A DNA stretch of 64,000 nucleotides from Chiloscyllium plagiosum (lineage: Eukaryota), in assembly GCF_004010195.1 (NCBI RefSeq), contig NC_057719.1:56244123-56308122 (forward strand), written 5' to 3'. The position numbers and the translations under genes were made by a program. The stretch's first letter is position 1, and each line of letters opens with the position of its first letter. Under the pieces are notes generated by a model. It did no database searches. It was not told where the DNA came from and worked only from the letters and a program-made list of their open reading frames with translations. Shown here in pieces: positions 38,236 through 51,397 of this stretch.

Positions 38236-38472
38236 AGATGCCAGTGTTGGACTGGGGTAGACAAAGTCAGATGGTTATAGTCCAACAGGTTTATTTGTAA
38301 TCACAAGCTTTCAGAGCGCAGTCCCTTTGTCAGTGAAGTGAGAGAAGAGAACACTGACACAGAATTTATAGGCAGTGAGATCAAAAGATCATACAACCGG
38401 TATGCATGGGCAAAGTTAAAAATCATACAACACCAGGTTATAGTCCAACAGGTTTAATGGCATCTCCAAATC
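38236..38472 (-). mobile_element. Penelope-type terminal repeat fragments
   Basis: GGTTATAGTCCAACAGGTTTA twice and CATCTCCAAAT, shared with 42806-44060 and 62398-62580. Confidence 0.65.
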
Positions 38473-39580
38473 AAAAGGTATGAGTGGAGTGTAAGAAATT
38501 TTCAGTTAGTTGTTTTGGTTTAGCACCATGTCATGCAAGATCAATGGGTGGATCTTAGTTTCAAGCCAAGAACATGATTAAGTTTCCTACAATTCTGCTT
38601 TCATTATGGTACCTCACTGGCAACTTTAGTTTTTATACTATGTGAACAGAAACAAATTTAAGACAATTGTTTCACTTTGTTTGTTCGCTTTCTTTTGTTC
38701 TTCCTATATTGCATGCAACTTCCTTCCTTCCAAACTGCTGTGGCACTGGCTACATGGACAAGTATTAACTGCACTATTCCTCCTCCAGTGGGAAATATTG
38801 ATTGTCCAGTGCACACGACTTCAATTAGAACGGTTAGATCCTGCAATATAGTAGTTTAGTGCTGTGTCAACCGCACGTCAAATAAACATCATGGTTCCAT
38901 AATCTAGAAAATCCATTGTTGTCCTGCTTCCCCACTTCTTTCAATGAAACTTGTAATGAATTAACAACAATTCAAACAAATTCTCACATTCATTCCAGTT
39001 ATAAAAATAAATTCTTGGCAATAATAGTGAGTGCATGCAATAAACAGACTTGGGAGCACAGACAAACAGGACACAAGAATTGATGAATTGGGTGGACATA
39101 TAGCAGATGAAATTTAATGCAAAAGTGCGAGTCGGTACATTTTTCTAGCAAAGAACCAGGACGCAATGTAAAGTAAAGAGTATGCAAAACTCAGAGCTCT
39201 CAGAGTGTACTTGTACAAATGGGTGAAGGTGTTAGAGCAGGTTCAAAAGGCATTTGGGGACCATTTTTTAAAATTTTATTCATGGATATGAAGATTAATA
39301 GCTGGGTGAGCATTTATTGCCCATCCCCAATTGCCCTTGACAAGGTGGGTGTGAGCTGTCTTCTTGACCCCTGCAATTCTTGGGGTGTAAGTATCCCCAT
39401 AGTTTTATTATGAAGACAGCCTGAAATTTTGACCCACAAGTGATGGAATAGCATTCGTGAAAAAAAAAGTGCAGTTCCTAGTTAGGATATTGTGTGGCTT
39501 CTAAACAATTCAAGTCCTGGTATTCCCATGCATCAATTGTCCTTTTAGTTGGAAAAGGCTGTGTATGACGATGCTGTCAA

Positions 39581-40159
39581 TGTAAAAAGGTTATTTTCAT
39601 CCTGGGTTTTTTTGGGGAGAGGGTGTATAGGCAGAGGTGAAGAGGAGTCTAGGGAGCTAGAAAGCTAAAACAGTTTTAACAATGGAAGGGGAGCGGCCAG
39701 TTCAGGGTTTTTTTTTTAAAAAACGCTGGAGCAGTCAAAATATGTTTTGAGTACCAGAAAGGTTGCAAGCTTCAGTAAATGATTCTTAATTGACTTTCTC
39801 TGAAATCTCTCTGGATGTTGTTCCATCCTGCTTGTAAGAATGTGTGTTTGAACTTACATTTTTGCCAAGGGATGTGTTGATGGGATGTCACTATACTGGA
39901 ACAGTTAATTAGTTGTTACCGTATCGAGTATTTGGTTAAGTTTTCCAATAGTTAAAAGTTATTCTAAATTCTGCTTCCTTTTGTACTTTAACTGCAGTGT
40001 TTAAATAAATGTCTGTTTTGCTTAAAGCCGAATGGTTTGACCAGTTGCATCACACCTGGAACACCCACTTCACATCTACCTTTAAAATAAGAAAAAAAAA
40101 GTTAGATTCTAGGCTACCTTCATAAAAATATTTTGACCGGATCTGGGATGGTCCATAAC
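39581..40159. mobile_element. Probable solo LTR inserted in an older LINE remnant
   Basis: TGTAA start and CCATAACA end; reverse-complement similarity to the start of 3028-3870. A related fragment lies at about 48415-48857. Confidence 0.5.
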
Positions 40160-41104
40160 ATATGGTTTTAAATGTCACATCAAAAGCCTTCATGTGCTCC
40201 TGAAGTCATGGAAGTAGATGGAATGCATTGCTGCCAAAATGCATCAGTGGTGAAGTGAGTGAATGTTGAAGATGGTAAATGAAGTGTCAAACCAAGTTGC
40301 TTTACCTTCAACAATGTCAAGTATTTTGAATCTTGTTGGAACTATACTCATCTATGCAAGTGGAGAGTATTCCAACCTCAAATGGCAGACTAGCTTTAGG
40401 GAATCATTTACCACCACGTTCCTCGACTTTGACTAGCTCTGTAGTTGGAAGAGCAAGTCAAATGATAAAACCAGAATGTTGATTTTGGGGGATTCAGCAA
40501 AATATTACTAAATTATCTAAGGGAGATCCTTAGATTCATTCATGTTTGAGATTGTCATTAACAATGTCCGACAACTTCATACCACACATCAGGCTAGGCC
40601 TAGGTCTCTCAACAGTGGCTTGGATAGTTGAAAACAAATAAATTGCAAGGTTAAAAGAGCATAGAGGATTAGTTGCTTATACAGGAAACCATCACAGACA
40701 CAATAGGCTAACCAAAATCTATCTTTGCTGTAATACTTCTATTTATGAATTACAAAGGAATCATTTGCATACTATCTTTACCTTGACATAAAGCGGTCCC
40801 TGCTTTGCAGTGACACAAACAAGGTTGCCGACAGATTTATTTTGAACCTATTGGTTTCAGATCCAACTGCAGTAAAAATACAGTTCACATATCAAAGCAG
40901 GACCAAGAAAAATGAATGAAATGCAAAAGCATCTCAAAATGTTTGTCCCTTTTTTCCCTTTCATGATGGGATCACACTGGCAAATCCAGCATTTCATGTC
41001 CATCCTAATTATACTTCAGATTGTGTTTAGCCATATTCTTTAACTGACAAGGCTCCATCCCTGCTATTCGATGGGGAATTCCAGAGTTTCTTTTTTAAAT
41101 TCAC

Positions 41105-41720
41105 TTGTCCAGCATCTACAAGGCACAAGTTAGGAAATGTGACAGAATACTCCCCACTTTTGCCAAGAGGCATGCAGTCCCAACAACATTCAAGAAGTTG
41201 ACACCATTTAGGACAAAGCAATCAATGGCGCCACATCCACAAGTATCTACTCCCTCCACCACGGACACTCAACAGTATGTGCTATCTACAAAATGCACTG
41301 CAGAAATTCACCAAACATCCTTAGACAGAACCTTTCTAACCCACAACAACTTCTAATTAGAAGGATAAGGGCAGCAGATACATGGGAACACCAACTACAA
41401 GTTCCTCTGCAAGTCATTCACCATCCAAACTTGGAAATATATTGCTGCTCCTTTTTTGTTGCTAGGTGAAACTCCTGAAATTCCCAAAGGGCATTGTGGC
41501 TATACCTACAGCATGTGGATTGCAGTGGTTCAAGATAACAGCTCACCACCACCTTCTCCAGGACAACTAGGGATTGGCAATAAAGTCAAAAAGTGTAGCA
41601 CTGGAAAAGCACAGCAGGTCAAGCAGTATCAGAGGATCAGGAGAATCAACATTTCAGGCATAAGCCCTTCATCAGGAATGTGGTGGGGGCAATAAAGACT
41701 GACCAACCAGCACCATCCAT
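41105..41720 (+). mobile_element. LINE 3' end (CR1/L2 superfamily), with a 102-bp hammerhead-type insert
   Basis: SIYKAQVR remnant and tail ...GGCAATAAA shared with 45305-45540 and 46370-46900. Confidence 0.7.
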
Positions 41721-42479
41721 GTCCCATGAATGGATATATAAAAGAAAATTCATTAATACGAAGTGAGGCAGTTGACGCCTTTGAAAACATGGTGTGATTA
41801 ACCACTTTTTTGATCTGCTGCAGTCCATGTGCTGTAGGTTGACCCACAATTACTCCAACATGGACCCACAAAAGTTCTCTCACAGGAGTATAAAACAAAG
41901 TATGATGCCATACCACAGAAGGAGTTTGAGGTTAGAAGACCAGGAGGATGACAATGTGAAAACAAGGATGCGAACGTTTGAATCAAACGTTGCTTGACCA
42001 TGACCAAAGGGTATCTTTACGTCAAGATAAAAGCAAATTATGACGGATGGTGGAATCTGAAACCAAAAGAGAAAATGCTGGAAAATCTCAGCAGGTCTAA
42101 CAGCACCTGTAAGGAGAGAAAAGGGTTGTTATCCACATCCACTTCAAAGCCATCAACCACTGCGAAATTGACCATTTCAACAACAAGATACAAAACATGC
42201 TAACACTGGGCAGTGAACATTCAAATCTCATGCCTAACATAGTCTAAGCAATAAAAAAAAGACACGAAATGTAAACGTGAAGATGAGCCATTAATTTAAC
42301 TACAGCGAACTACGGAGTGTATCGACAGCCATTTAAACTGTACGGCACTTAACATTCAACTGGAATTTTAAGTAATTTGAAAGGAATTGTAGAAAGATGC
42401 TAAGTATGTTTAATTTTTCAAAAATCTGAAATTGAGGAATTTAAATTCAAATTCAAATTGCGAATTTTAAGCTTCAGCA

Positions 42480-42770
42480 GTGCCGTACCCATCATTCTTA
42501 GCCCAGCCCCGAGTCACTCCCCTCCTCACCATCTCGCCTTGCTCAGCCGATTTATAAACGTAAGAAACGATCTCCGTGTGAAGGAGCTGGAAGAGAGCCT
42601 CGTCCGCCATCTCCTGCCTGTTCATGTTACAGCCGCTGTCTCCACGCCGCTCAGCTCTGACTCACGGCCGTTCAAGGCTGGCTCGAGCCCGGGCGGGCCC
42701 GGTTCCCATTCCAACTGCCGCACGCGTTGGGGGGTGGGGGAAAGACACGTCACTTCCTGATGCTTGGCTC
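42480..42770 (-). promoter_or_regulatory. TRAPPC6B CpG-rich promoter / 5' region
   Basis: Local CpG enrichment, GGGCGG box near 42691, and composite ETS/CRE-half site CAGGAAGTGACGTG (minus, 42746-42759). Confidence 0.7.
42530..42610 (-). CDS. TRAPPC6B: TRAPPC6B exon 1 (MADEALFQLLHTEIVSYVYKSAEQGEM)
   Basis: ATG at 42610 in GAGATGG context, gtgagg donor, 81 nt. MADEALF N-terminus as in vertebrate TRAPPC6B. Confidence 0.96.
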
Positions 42771-42805
42771 CTATGCAAGGTCCTGAATAACCGCAATTGG
42801 AATGC

Positions 42806-44060
42806 TAAAATAAAATCACACAACCACCAGGTTATAGCCCAACAGGTTTAATTGGAAGCACACTAGCTTTCGGAGCGACGCTCCTTCATCAGGTGATTGT
42901 GGAGGGCTTGATCGTAACACAGAATTTATAGCAAAAATTTACAGTGTGATGTAATTATACATTGAAAAATTGATTGTCTATTAAGCCTTTCATCTGTAAT
43001 GCAGTGATAGTTTCACTTTCATGTGTAAATCACAAAACCTTTTTTTTAAAGTTACATTCTCGGGTTAGCTGTTAACAATGGTGATAGCTAGACAATATGT
43101 TGAAGGTGTTGGCCCCCTGTGTTCTCTATCTATGCCACGTTGTTTAGCTTGATTCTAGAGTTAAGATTAGATTACTTACAGTGTGGAAACAGGCCCTTCG
43201 GCCCAACAAGTCCACACTGACCCACCGAAGTGCAACCCACCCAGACCCATTCCCCTACATTTACCCCTGCCCCTAACACTACAGGAAATTTAGCATGGCC
43301 AATTCACCTAACCTGCACATTTTTGGACTGTGGGAGGAAACCGGAGCACCCGGAGGAAACCCACTCAGACACGGGGAGAATGTGCAAACTCCACACAGTC
43401 AGTCACCTGAGGCGGGAATTGAACCCAGGTCTCTGGTGCTGTGAGGCAGCAGTGCTAATCACTGTGCCACCGTGCCGCCCACTTTTTTAAATGTAAGACA
43501 TACTCTTTCTGAGCTGTGTTGAAGGAAGACAGTATTTAGAGAATTCTGTACCATTGCTTGAGTCATCTGTTCAGGGAATGCTTTAGTTAAGAATGCTTTA
43601 GTTCTCGAACTCTGAGCTCAAAAACTGGATGAATTTATGTAAAACTCTCATCTCACTTTTTAAGATTAGAATCAATCTAAACATCATGGCATAGACAGAG
43701 AACACAGGGGGCCAACACCTTCAACATATTGTCTAGCTATCACTATTGTTAACAGCTAACCCGAGAATGCAACTTTAAAAAAAAGGTTTTGTGATTTACA
43801 CATGAAAGAAGTGAAACTATCACTGTATTCTAACAGATGAAAGGCTTAACAGACAATCAATTTTTCAATGTATAATTTCAGTTACATCACACTGTAAATT
43901 TTTGCTATAAATTCTGTGTTACGACCGAGCCCTCCACTATCACCTGATGAAGGAGCGTCGCTCCGAAAGCTAGTGTGCTTCCAATTAAACCTGTTGGACT
44001 ATAACCTGGTGTTGTGTGATTTTTAACTTTGTACACCCCAGTCCAACATCAGCATCTCCA
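42806..44060. mobile_element. Penelope-type element with about 350-bp inverted arms (42808-43157 and 43668-44025)
   Basis: Arms are near-identical reverse complements, each with the same hammerhead core. Flanked by AATTGGAATG at 42795-42804 and 44061-44070. Confidence 0.8.
43160..43483 (-). mobile_element. Near full-length HE1-like SINE
   Basis: Minus-strand head GGGCGGCACGGTGGCACAGTG, box B GGGTTCAATTCCC, tail ending in (TCTAA)n. Confidence 0.88.
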
Positions 44061-45669
44061 AATTGGAATGTTGTTACTCAGCTCCAGTAAGAATGCTTTC
44101 CCAGTTGCATGCAATTAATGTCAAAGTGAAATTCTGATAATTAACCCAAAACGTCTATCCACTCTCTGCACATATGCTGAGTATTTCAAGCGTTCGCTGG
44201 TTTCATTCCAGATTTTCCACAGCATCTTGCTTCTATCTGTAATTTTAAAACATTTCAAACAATATCTCTTTTATTACTAAGTTGTGCAGTACAATAGATG
44301 AAACGAGTTTCCCAAGGCGAAGCATGAAGGTAGTTGCAAAATGGTGAACGTTGTCTTGGAAATTTAAGGATGCTTGGGAAAGAGCCCACAACACTGAAAT
44401 GCATCACTTGGTGGCGATATAATACGAAAGGGAGAAAGTGAGGACTGCAGATGCTGGACATCAAAGTCGAGAGTGCGGTGTTGGAATTGCATTGCAGATC
44501 AGGCTGCAGAACACGAAAGTCAACCTGCACCAAATCTTGAGCTAACTACTTGAAGTGCGTTCTGACCGTCCACATTCTCTCAGGCTTTTATCAAAATGTA
44601 TCGAAAAAATGAAGCTATTCAATCTATTGTGTCTCCATCAGTCAAAAAACACTATGTAACCAAGCCGAGCTTCAACGTTTTGGGTTCCTGCCTTCAGGTT
44701 GATTAGAGACCCCATCGTCAAAGGGTAAAATTCGCTTAAACCATTTTTTAAAATCTTCTATAAATTAATAACTTCAAAATTCCACCTTCTCACCCCCACC
44801 CCCGCCGAGATCCTTCAAAAAGAAATGGATATTTCCTATTAATTCTATCTAGCCACCTCACTGCTTTCTACAGCTACCCCACAACCTCTCCTGTTCTAAC
44901 ATTGTTAAATTCAACGTTGCTTAGCTCATTTGGCTGGATGGTTTGCAATACATAAGTGACACTAACTGAATGAGTTCAATTCCTGGGCTGAAATTACGAT
45001 GAAGGTTCCTCCTTCTCAATCGTCTGACCCTCAGGTTAATTCACCAACTCTCCAACAAGACAGCAGTACTAGAGTGATTTTATTCTTTCCTTTAGTCTTT
45101 GTTAAATATTTACAAACAGTCACAATCACAGTAAATATTCCAGGCAAACTGTAGATGATTTTGAAAAAGCATTATTATGGCACTATGGTAACCCTAACCC
45201 TAAACCTTCCTCTCGACCAGAAGGTCCAGGTTAAAGTCCAACATGCCCTGGATGTGTGTCAAAACATGTCTGACCAGATTGATTTAAAAGATTACATTCA
45301 CGTGCAACAACACCTGCAAGTTCCCCTCCAAGCCACTCACCAGACTGACTTGGAAATATATCACCGTTTCTTCACAGTTACTGGGTCAAAACCCTGGAAC
45401 TTCCCCCCCAAGAGCATTGTGGGTCAACAAAGAGCACATGGAGTGCAGTGGTTCAAGAAGGCAGCTCACCACCTTCTCAAAGGCAAGTAAGATTGTGCAG
45501 GAAATGCTGGCCCAGCCAGTGATGCCTATGAGCAAAAAGTCAATCAAAAACAAGATAACTTACTTCCAATTCCTAGTTTTTCACTATGTAAGATCAGCTT
45601 GAAATGTAATGCAAGATAGGAAAACATAAGGTCAGTGTTAGTTAAACTCAACCCAAAAGCTTAATGGCA

Positions 45670-46900
45670 ATTTACACTCCTTTTCCAAGTGATAGAGACT
45701 GAGTGCAGGATCAAGGAGCCCTAGCAAACTTGGAGTCATAGGAATTAGGGCAAACCTGACAGTGATTGGAGTCATACCTCATACATGGCAAGCTAGTTAT
45801 GGTTGTGGATGTCAGTCATTTCAACTCCAGGACATCTCTGCAGGAGTTTCCTCAGGAAGGTGAGGACTGCAGATGCTGGAGATGAAGGGCCTTTGCCCGA
45901 AATGTCAATTTTCTTGCTCCTTGGATGCTGCCTGGCCTCTGTGCTTTTCCAGCACCACTCTTATCTTGACTCTTCCTCAGGGTAGTGTCTTAGGCCCAAC
46001 CAACTTCAGCTGTTTCATCAGTGACCTTCCCTCAAACATAAGGTCAAACGTGGAGATGTTTACTGATGATTGCACAATGTTCAGCACCACTCATATTCCT
46101 CAGATACTGAAGCAATCCATGTTCAAATGCAACAAGATTTGGACAATATCCAGGCTTGGGCTCACAAATGGCAATAAACATTTGCGCCACATGAATGCCA
46201 AGCAATGACCATCTCCAATGAAAGACAATCTAACCACTGCCCCTTGACAGTGAATGGCATTACCATTGACCGGAAACTCAACTGGTCTCACCATATATAT
46301 AGTGTGGCGAGGAGAGCATGTCAGAGGCTAGGAATACTATGAGTAACTCACCTCCTCACTCCCCAAGTCTGTCCACCATCCACAAGGCACAATTCAGGAA
46401 TGTAATGGAGTACTCCTCAATTGCCTAGAGGGGTGTAGCTTCAAAAACACTCAAGCCACTTGACATCAATCAGGACAAAGCAGCCCACTTAATTGGTACC
46501 ACATCCAAAAGCATTGACTCCGTCCTTCACCTATGCTCAGTAGCAGCAGCATGTACCATCTACCAGAAATTCATCAAAAATCCTAAGGCGGCATATTCCA
46601 AATTCTCTATCTCCTCCATCTAATAGGATAAGGGCAGGAGACACATGGGAACACCACCACCTGCAAGTTTCCCTCCAAACCACTGATCATCCAGGCTTGG
46701 AAATATATTGCTATCATGTCACTGTGGCTGGATAAGAACCTAGAACTCCTCCGCTTACAGTATTGTAAGGCTTAGTATGTCAAATAGAATGCAACAGTTC
46801 AAGAAGGCAGCCCACAATGACCTTCTTGAGCAACTAGGGATGGGCAATAAATGCACTTCCAAACATCAACAACTATGTCCCTCGGGTGAATAAATGAAAA
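45670..46900 (+). mobile_element. LINE RT and 3' end (CR1/L2 superfamily), split by a 116-bp insert
   Basis: PQGSVLGPTNFSCFISDLP and MFTDDCT motifs. Confidence 0.8.
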
Positions 46901-47629
46901 AAAGAACAGCAGTACATCAAGTCAGGATATAGGAGTTCCCATGTATCTGCTGCCCTTCCTCCTTGTGATAATGGTTGTGTGTTTTGAAAGGTGCTGTCAG
47001 AGGAGCCTTGGTGAATTTCTGCAGAACATCTTATAGATGGTACACAATGCTGCTACTAAGCATTGGACATAGAGCAAGTGTATGTTTGTGGAAGCAGTGC
47101 AAATCAAGTGGTCTGTTTTGGCCTGAATAGTATCAAGCTTATTGGAGCTGCACTCATTTGGACAATTGGATCATTTTCCATCAAACATTTTTCACTCTTG
47201 CCTTGTAGATTGTGAACAGGCTTGAGGGTGGCAGGATTTTTAGTTTCTGATCTGCTCTCGTCACAACAGTATTCATATGGCTAGTCCAGTTCGGTTTCTG
47301 GTAAATGGTAATCTGCAGGTTGTTGATCGTGGTGGAAAAGCCATTGAATATGAAGGGGCTCTGCTGCTTGGTAACTTTTGGAGGTCATTTTTATGAATTA
47401 CCTTGTTAAAAAAAAATCAATTTAATCCTCTGACATTGATTTTCTTTGTTATAAATTCATGGTTAATTTGGAACCAAACCTTACCAGCTCCTTTCTTGAA
47501 GACAATTCTTGAACTGTGACCCCTGTCACAAGACTGGTTCTTTTTACAAAGTTACTATGCCTTTGAGTAGTTTTCCAGAGGGGGTAATTGCCCAAGCTCC
47601 AACTAGACTGAGTTTGAGAGTCTAAGAGC

Positions 47630-48360
47630 GTGGCACAGTGGCTAGCACAGCTGCCTCACAGCACCAGGGACCTGGGTTTGATTCTAGCCCCAGGTGACAG
47701 TCTGCGTGGGTTACTCTTCAGAGGGTCAGTGTGGACTTGTTGGGCCAAAGGGCCTCTTTCCAAACTGTAGGGAATCCAATCTTTATTAGGGCCCTTTTGT
47801 AGAGTCTTAGAGATATACAGCATATCCCTCTAAACCCTTATTCATATGTCCATGCAGATGTATTTAAATGCTGTAATTGTACCAGCCTCTACTACTTTCT
47901 CTGGCAGCTCACCTTAAACCTATGCCCTCTAATTCTGGACATCCCCACACCAGGGAAAAGATCTTGTCTCTTTACTCTATCCATGCCCTCGTGATTTTAT
48001 AAACCTCTATAAGGTCACCCCTCAGTCTTTGACGGTCCAGGGAAAACAGCCTCAGCCTATTCAGCCTCTCCCTATAGCTCAAATTCTCCAACCCTGGCAA
48101 CATCATTGTAAATCTTTTCTGAACCAGAATTGCTCATAATATTCCAAAAGCAGCCTAATTAATGTCCTGTTCAGCCGCAATATGACATCCCAACTCCGAT
48201 ACTCAACGTTCTGACCAATAAAGGAAAGCATTCCAAATGCCTTCTTCACTATCTTATCTACCTGCAAGTCTACTTTTAAGGAACTGTACACCTGCTCTAA
48301 AGTCTAAAGTCTCTTTGTTCAGCAACACTCTGTAGGATCTTACCATTAAGTATATAAGTT
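47630..48360. mobile_element. Deleted HE1-like SINE (+, 47630-47780) followed by a CR1 3' fragment (-)
   Basis: SINE head and tail; ORF 48103..48291 SSLKV...KKAFGMLSFI. Confidence 0.7.
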
Positions 48361-48899
48361 TCCCCCTAACAGATAATACATCCAGCCTAAGACTTTCATG
48401 TCTTAAAGAAACAGTATAATCCAAAGGAAGCGGCCAGCTAGCTGCATAGCTAGCCTTCCTTTAGATTAAAGTTTTTAAAAATTCAGTTCAGAACTTTAGT
48501 GAGTTCAGTGGCAGCTGTGTGTGGAAAAGACTGCAAAGTCTTCTCTCCCTCTGACTTTGCAAACTGTAAGCTAGCTGTCATTTTTACTCTTTGTGCTAAG
48601 GGATGTGTGGGTTGGGACTGTTGCAAAAAACTAAGTCGGGTTTGGATAGGATAAGTTAACTGGTATTCTATTTTCTGTTCATTGTGTTTCATTCCATAAT
48701 TTTGTAAATAAATTCTGTTTGTTTAAAACGTGGCAGTCAAATCAGCTAATTTACTCCCGGAATATCCACTATTGACTTAGCTAAAACAAATAGCAAATTT
48801 ACCAACTGGGCTGCTTGTTTAAAAATATTTTGAGGTGTTTGGCTTAGTCTCTAACACCCCTGACTCTTGAAACAGTCACTGAGACTCTCCTCAGCATGA

Positions 48900-49770
48900 A
48901 ATAACTGATTGGCCAGTGCCCTGGGCTTCGGCCATTTGATTGGACTTTATACAGAGATTGAACAGCGGTGACTGGCGCTTTAGTTTGTCTATCACTAATA
49001 GTAGGCGGGTCGATAGGGGAATGGGTGGAGCCTGGCCTGTTCCCAGAGTGCTGTGCGCACGACGGTGAAAGCAAAGATGGCGGTGGCGGTGAGAAGTTTG
49101 CAGGATCAACTGGAGAAAGCGAAGGAAAGTTTGAAGAATGTGGACGAGAACATTCGGAAACTGACTGGCCGAGACCCGAATGACCTCAGGTGACCGCCTT
49201 TCAGCCTTTGGCACCTCAGGTTTGGCCGCCATGGCCTCGTGATTTACATCCACAGGGCCGCCAGGTGGCCGGGCCCGGGCTTATCCCCGGCACCCGGGCT
49301 TATCCCCGGCAGGGGAGGGATAAGCGTCGAAACGAATCCACGGGAAGGGAGAGTTGGAGGCCGAACCTTGGGCCTGACTCCGGGATTGACTCCAGTGGGC
49401 TCCCACACCTTGGTCCATCTGGCCGCTTCCCTCAGGCCCGTTCTTGGGCCTCGCCGCCTCTCGGCAAGCAGGCCCCATGGCCGGCGGAACCGTGGGAATC
49501 ACCAGCGGAAGAATGTCCCAGCTTTGGGGGAGTCTGGGGGTCATCAATCCCTTTAGTGAACGGAGGAAGTGGCGAGAGCATATCAGTCCAATTCGATGGC
49601 CACTGCTCTCAACACATGTTGACGATTGAAACGTGCAGAACGCCCTCCCCCTTGCACACATGCACGGCTGTGAAATACTCCCTTCTGTATTCGCTTTTCG
49701 CGGTTACTAACAGATTCCCGCGTTTAAGGACCTCACTCACCCCATCATAGAACCAATTCGCGACGGTTAA
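48900..49770 (+). promoter_or_regulatory. PNN promoter / CpG island
   Basis: Two inverted CCAAT boxes (GATTGG near 48907 and 48938), GC-box-like sites, YY1-like AAGATGGCGG over the ATG, and high CpG density into intron 1. Confidence 0.75.
49077..49189 (+). CDS. PNN: Pinin exon 1 (MAVAVRSLQDQLEKAKESLKNVDENIRKLTGRDPNDL-R)
   Basis: Distinctive pinin N-terminus; AG/gtgacc donor; 113 nt. Confidence 0.97.
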
Positions 49771-51325
49771 AAGAACCTCAGTAATTAAGAGGTGGATTCG
49801 TAATTAGTCACATTTCGGGGTAACCAATTGTAAATTGGGGAGTTTCATCATAAATGTTTCTGCTTCTTTGAATACATGGGGACCAAGATAAATGTGGCCA
49901 GTGAATGGGATTTTCTGTAGAAATATCGAGTCACTTTCCGCTCTGTACCAAAACACCACTAATAAATTGGTTCTCTTGAATTTAGTGTACTTACTGATGC
50001 ACTTATTTAATGACACCATGAAGTTTTGAAACATGGTTGCAGAATGATAGAAAGTCAAACTCTTTTGTCGATTGTTTGTCCGAAAGTAGGAACTGGAGGA
50101 AACTACTGAATACAAAATAACCGTTTCTTCCCTGTCCCATCCCATTTCCACAACTCGTGTGTTTTCTGAAATAGTACCAGAGGTCAGTGTTGACAAATTT
50201 GACATCAGCTCGTTTCTTTAAATATGTTTTTCTCATCTTCAGAGAATTGAAAGGTATCTTTGTGTTAGATCTTTTTAAAATGTTGGATAAGTGCTTTAGG
50301 GCACTGTAATCATAATTCAATAAAGCCCAGAGTGATGACTGCAGAGGGTGTTTTTGTGGTTGAGTCAGTAATGATTGTTGATCAATATTTTCATATTGTG
50401 GCAGAGTAACTGGAAGGAGTAGGCAAAGTCAATCTCATCAATAACAAAAGCACAAAGATTTTAGTACCAAAAGTATATCAAGGTTCAGCCTAACTAAAAG
50501 TTTATTAAGATACATTGCAAAAAACTAAACAGTCATTTTTGGGAGGGGAGGGAAATACTAGGTTGCTTTCTTGCCAGTATTTGGCTCAAGCCATCTGACT
50601 TCTGTAATTTTAATGGGTGGATGGTAAGACGCCAAGATGATCATGAGGCTTACCAATTGAATGTATGTTGACATTCAAATTAAGGTTAACCTCATCATTT
50701 GAGATTATGTTGGGTGGCATTACGTTTAGAGTTGTGCAAGAGTTTGGGGAAGTCATATTGGAACTGATCAGGCAGAAGTGGGTAGAAATCTCATTGAATT
50801 CATGGTATTAAAGGCTATAGGAATAAAAAGCAAGAAAGGAGAAAATAAGTTTATTGTGACATAGTGGTAGAGAAAGCTTAAATGGTCAACTGTATTGAAA
50901 ATCTTAGACTCAAAGGGATGATTTCATTGAAGTCATTGGTGATCATGAACAGGATTGACTGCAATCTGAAGGGATGAGTGATAAGTCAAATGATAAGAGG
51001 AAAACTCCTTTCAGTTGTTTCCCTATTTGCCATTTCATCATTTATGTTCAAAGGGGTTTTGCAGTGGATTGTTGGTAGAGTTTGCCATTACTTTTGTTTA
51101 ATATGACGGTATGCATCTTTTTGCTAAATCTTTGTTTCCTCATCAAAAGTCAAGTGGTGTCTTTAGAGCTATTGCATTCCCTTCTGTGGGTGAAGATCAT
51201 AGATATTATTTACAAGTTCCAAAGGTCTTTCTCACTTCCAGAATATTTTCTTAGTTTATTCTATACAAAATCCCCTATTGGGTAGACTTTAGCACTTGTT
51301 AATTGAAATTTACTTTTAAATACAG

Positions 51326-51397
51326 GCCCGGCCAAGCTAGGCGGCTATCCATCGCAGGTCCTGGTGGAGGTAGGGGACGTGGCCTTGGATTACTGAG
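51326..51397 (+). CDS. PNN: Pinin exon 2 (PGQARRLSIAGPGGGRGRGLGLL-R)
   Basis: tacag acceptor, gtaaga donor, 72 nt, GPGGGRGRG motif. Confidence 0.95.

Noticed and set aside
48844..49750. Several overlapping ORFs (up to 186 aa) at the PNN start
   Set aside because: Expected in a GC-rich CpG island; only the 49077-49189 frame matches a known protein.
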